Assembly: GCF_964355755.1 (NCBI RefSeq)
Contig: NC_092675.1
Location: 801,812 to 865,811, forward strand
Source: Antedon mediterranea
Lineage: Eukaryota > Animalia > Echinodermata
Length of the DNA stretch: 64,000 bases
Direction: 5' to 3'
Part shown: positions 60,788-64,000 of the stretch, in pieces
Layout of the letters: each line of letters starts with the position of its first letter
How positions within the stretch are numbered: position 1 is the stretch's first letter
Program-made: the position numbers and the translations under genes
The notes under the pieces: generated by a model
What the model saw: only the letters and a program-made list of their open reading frames with translations
Told to the model about the DNA's origin: nothing
Database searches by the model: none

Positions 60788-63700
60788 TTCAGGTATGCTT
60801 GTTTATTCTTACAGTACCTTAATCTAAATACAAATGTCAATGTTTGAATCTATTTGCAATGTAAAACACCCATGATTAACACAAATGCAATATAATTTTA
60901 AAGCACATAAAAAGAAATTGTGAATTTGAAGGTTTAATACTTTCTAATCATGCAAGTCTTATCACGCAAATTTACAAAGTAAGGACCCAAGGCAATTTAC
61001 ATTATTAGTCCCCCATCATTTGAACAAATTGCCCAAGGAACTTGTGATCCCAGGGGTATGTTTCACAGAATCTCATTAGTGCTCAAGTAAGTCTTAAACT
61101 AAACTCCCAGGTACTTATTTAATCCATCAGGGTGCATAGAGACAAAGTAGATAAAATGTCTTGCCAAAGGATAAACAAAATGGCTTCCCTGGGAATTGAA
61201 CCCCCGACCTTTCATTGAAGGACCCAATTTTGCTGTTGCTACACGAGAAACATTGTCCTACACAATGTTAAGTTTTTGGAATTCTTATCCAAACATGAAT
61301 CAAAAAAATTAACCGATGTCGGCTTGTCTCACTTCAGATGTGGGTTTCACAGCTCATACCACTTTAGGAATAGGGATGTTCAGTGTCTTCTCAATTTGAG
61401 GGGAATATTGTCAGTTTATCCAAGTAAGCCAGACTATTGTAGTAGAATGAACAACTTCACTATTGTAAGACTGAAACAATCAAAATTTAAGAACTAAATA
61501 AAAAAACGTAGTCTATATTTAAAATTAAATATATTATTTAAATAATCATAGATACATTTAAAAATTATAATATTTTACAATATTCAAATAATGAACTTTT
61601 ATGAGTGAAATGGTACAAATAATTTCATGAGGTGAAAGATAAAAGTTTGTATTTTTACGAGGCAAACATCCATTGAAATGGCAAGAATCTACTCAGTGTG
61701 TTTTATACAGTATTCTATTCCAAAATCTTAAAACAATTTTTGTTAGAAGATACAAACACCTGGAAATTGTATTAGTTTGAACTTTGATATGTTAGTCTTC
61801 CTATAGATGGCCGAAAAAGATATTGAATTTCTCAGATCCACCATAAACTTTACAGTCTGTATATTGATTATGATTGTTTATTGATTAATAAAGAACAAAT
61901 GAAAAATGACAACCAGGAATATTCTGATAAAGGTAGCAATAGCATTGACCTGTATTGAACTCAATTTTGAATGTTTGTTTTTATATTATTTCTTAATGAT
62001 TCGACTGTTAATATGACATCAATACAAATTTGTGATTTTGCTTCTTATAATTTATAGGTTAGCTATAAAATACATCCATAAAAACGTATTTAACATAGTA
62101 TAATCCTGCAATGCACAACTTACAATAGCAACCTAATTAGAGATATTCTATCCATCCAAGAACACTGTGTAATTAGGTTTGAGGAATTGAGCATACAAAT
62201 GGGCCATAAGGGAGCTTCCTAAATCCTGGGCTATAAACTGAATTTCTCCCTTGATGTTTCGGATATGCTAAACAATATTCAGGTTCGCTATTGTTGGAGA
62301 TCTGTTCTCAGGGGACAGAAGTGTCAACCAAATTCACTGTCTCATGAAATTAAACTACTTTCCATTTTTGTGGATTTATTTTCTACATCATCATCATACA
62401 TTTTGAATTCTTCGCTTCTTCGTCTCTCCAGAGAAATGTGTAAAATTTAAGAATTCTTTTCATAATTGCATTGTATTGTAAATTTGTATGATTTGTATTT
62501 TATGTGGTTGATGATATACAGTATTATACATAAATTGGTTATATAAATTGAATAATATACAGTATGTCTGTATTTCAATTTAAAAAGATTTCAATTAAAC
62601 AATTTATTCAGGGTTTCTGATTAAATTTTCTGCTACAGTAGCTACAGTAATGGAAAATCTTTTGTAATTGATTTTTCCCGGTTACTTTCCACTTGTAATA
62701 TTTTTTAGGATGTTTCTCTAAATAAATTGTATTGTATTGAACCAGGATGTCAACAATAGCAATAGCATCCCACAATGCACAAGAGAATTGCAAGAGACAT
62801 GGATTCAACACTATCTTGCCATAGTGGTTAAATCATTAGGCAAGATACTTTACCCTCATTACACCGTCCTTCAGATTGGACATAAAGCTGTTGGTGCCAT
62901 GTTCATACACATTTTACACTACTCAAATGGAGTAGATGGAATCGTCTGCCGGTGTGCTGATCATGAAGACATTAGGGTGTAGAGTGCCTAACCTACAGTC
63001 AGTTTCTTCTGAGGACGATTATTAATAATACTGTACATTTAGAACACCAACTTTAGGTAATTATATTAAAATGCCATGTCACAAGTACAGGTTTTGGTAT
63101 TATAAAATAAACAAAATACATTGATGATAATAACAATATTATTGTAATCACATAATTATGCTAAGAAATTCTTTCTTTACAATAATATTTTCGGTAATCT
63201 CTTGTATGTGTTTCTTAATCCTTATTGTGCTCCTATTAATTACTCCCTATTTCACACTGTCTTCTCATCATGTAATGAGAATTTCCCAAGACAGCCAATC
63301 ACTACAACCATTAGACCTAACTGTTAGAATTTCATATCTATCAATTAAAATGGATTACTGTAGCCCAGTTATCATTTAAGATCTCATTAATTGCGCTGTA
63401 CATGAGATACATCTTCACCAATCAGCTAATGGTCACTTGACCAGTAGCCAATAACCATGTAGTAGGTCACTGTTTAATTTATATCAAGTAATACAGTATT
63501 GCTTAATAATAGTTACTACATTGTTCTGTTTTAAATCATGTTAGCAAGTGTTATCATTGCTAGTAATCCATCACCTGAACAATCATCCAATGGTCACTTC
63601 TTCCCACAGTCATTCACTTTAGGTGTTTTATTGGCCAGATTAATGTAAAAGTTTGTCGGGTAACAATTTCATAGGATGATTCATCACTCAATTGGTCAAC

Positions 63701-64000
63701 AGATTTGTTCACTCATTTGTTAATCCAATCGTCAATTTGATATCCTTTTTCAGGGGTGCTAACTAAAATGACCCTCAGTCTGGGGGAACAAGATATAGCC
63801 TGGGGGATAGTAGCTATGGCATATTTTGTCTACAAAGCAAATGATAACACAGCAGGCTACTTTAATGTAACACTGTCCTTGCCGCTTGTCACTTACATGG
63901 CCAAAATGAAGCTGGTTGTTTTTCCATTCAAAGATATTATTTTTGAAATAATTTTTAGTTACAAGTACAGTAAGAATAAAACAACCAAGAAAAAATTTAA

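Noticed and set aside
60028-60840. Three overlapping long ORFs
   Set aside because: Artefact of the 32/37-bp minisatellite.
57400-64000. Short ORFs in the right-hand region
   Set aside because: No recognisable domains or consistent splice structure; treated as intronic or intergenic.

Overview
AT-rich, intron-rich animal DNA, probably from a marine invertebrate deuterostome such as an echinoderm or crinoid (inference only). (1) Bases 1-39945 (- strand) hold a giant multi-exon extracellular/cell-surface protein gene that runs off the left edge. Its domain order (signal peptide, C-type lectin, LDLa, 3 CUB, sushi/EGF, HYR, Ephrin_rec_like, EGF array, pentraxin/LamG, HYR, Ephrin_rec_like) resembles Drosophila Uninflatable/SVEP1. 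It carries a Gly/Trp-rich exon, two polybasic furin sites, a likely GC-AG intron, a triplicated splice acceptor and a 2-bp frameshift in one EGF exon. (2) Its 11.6-kb intron nests three antisense, intronless class-A GPCRs with almost no N-terminus. (3) Head-to-head with it is a six-exon secreted Cu/Zn SOD, followed by duplicated 3' segments. These include an open, spliceable second terminal exon that lacks the electrostatic loop, and an orphan CaaX-ending exon. (4) A convergent four-exon gene encodes a SKICH domain, several LIR-like motifs and an RGG/Tyr-rich tail. (5) Mobile and repeated DNA includes a 5S-derived SINE, a Penelope-type minimal hammerhead ribozyme, Kolobok-type and other MITEs, a DINE-1/Helentron-like element, three truncated LINEs, a tRNA-SINE and several minisatellites. 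All exon and domain calls were made by eye; no database search was run.
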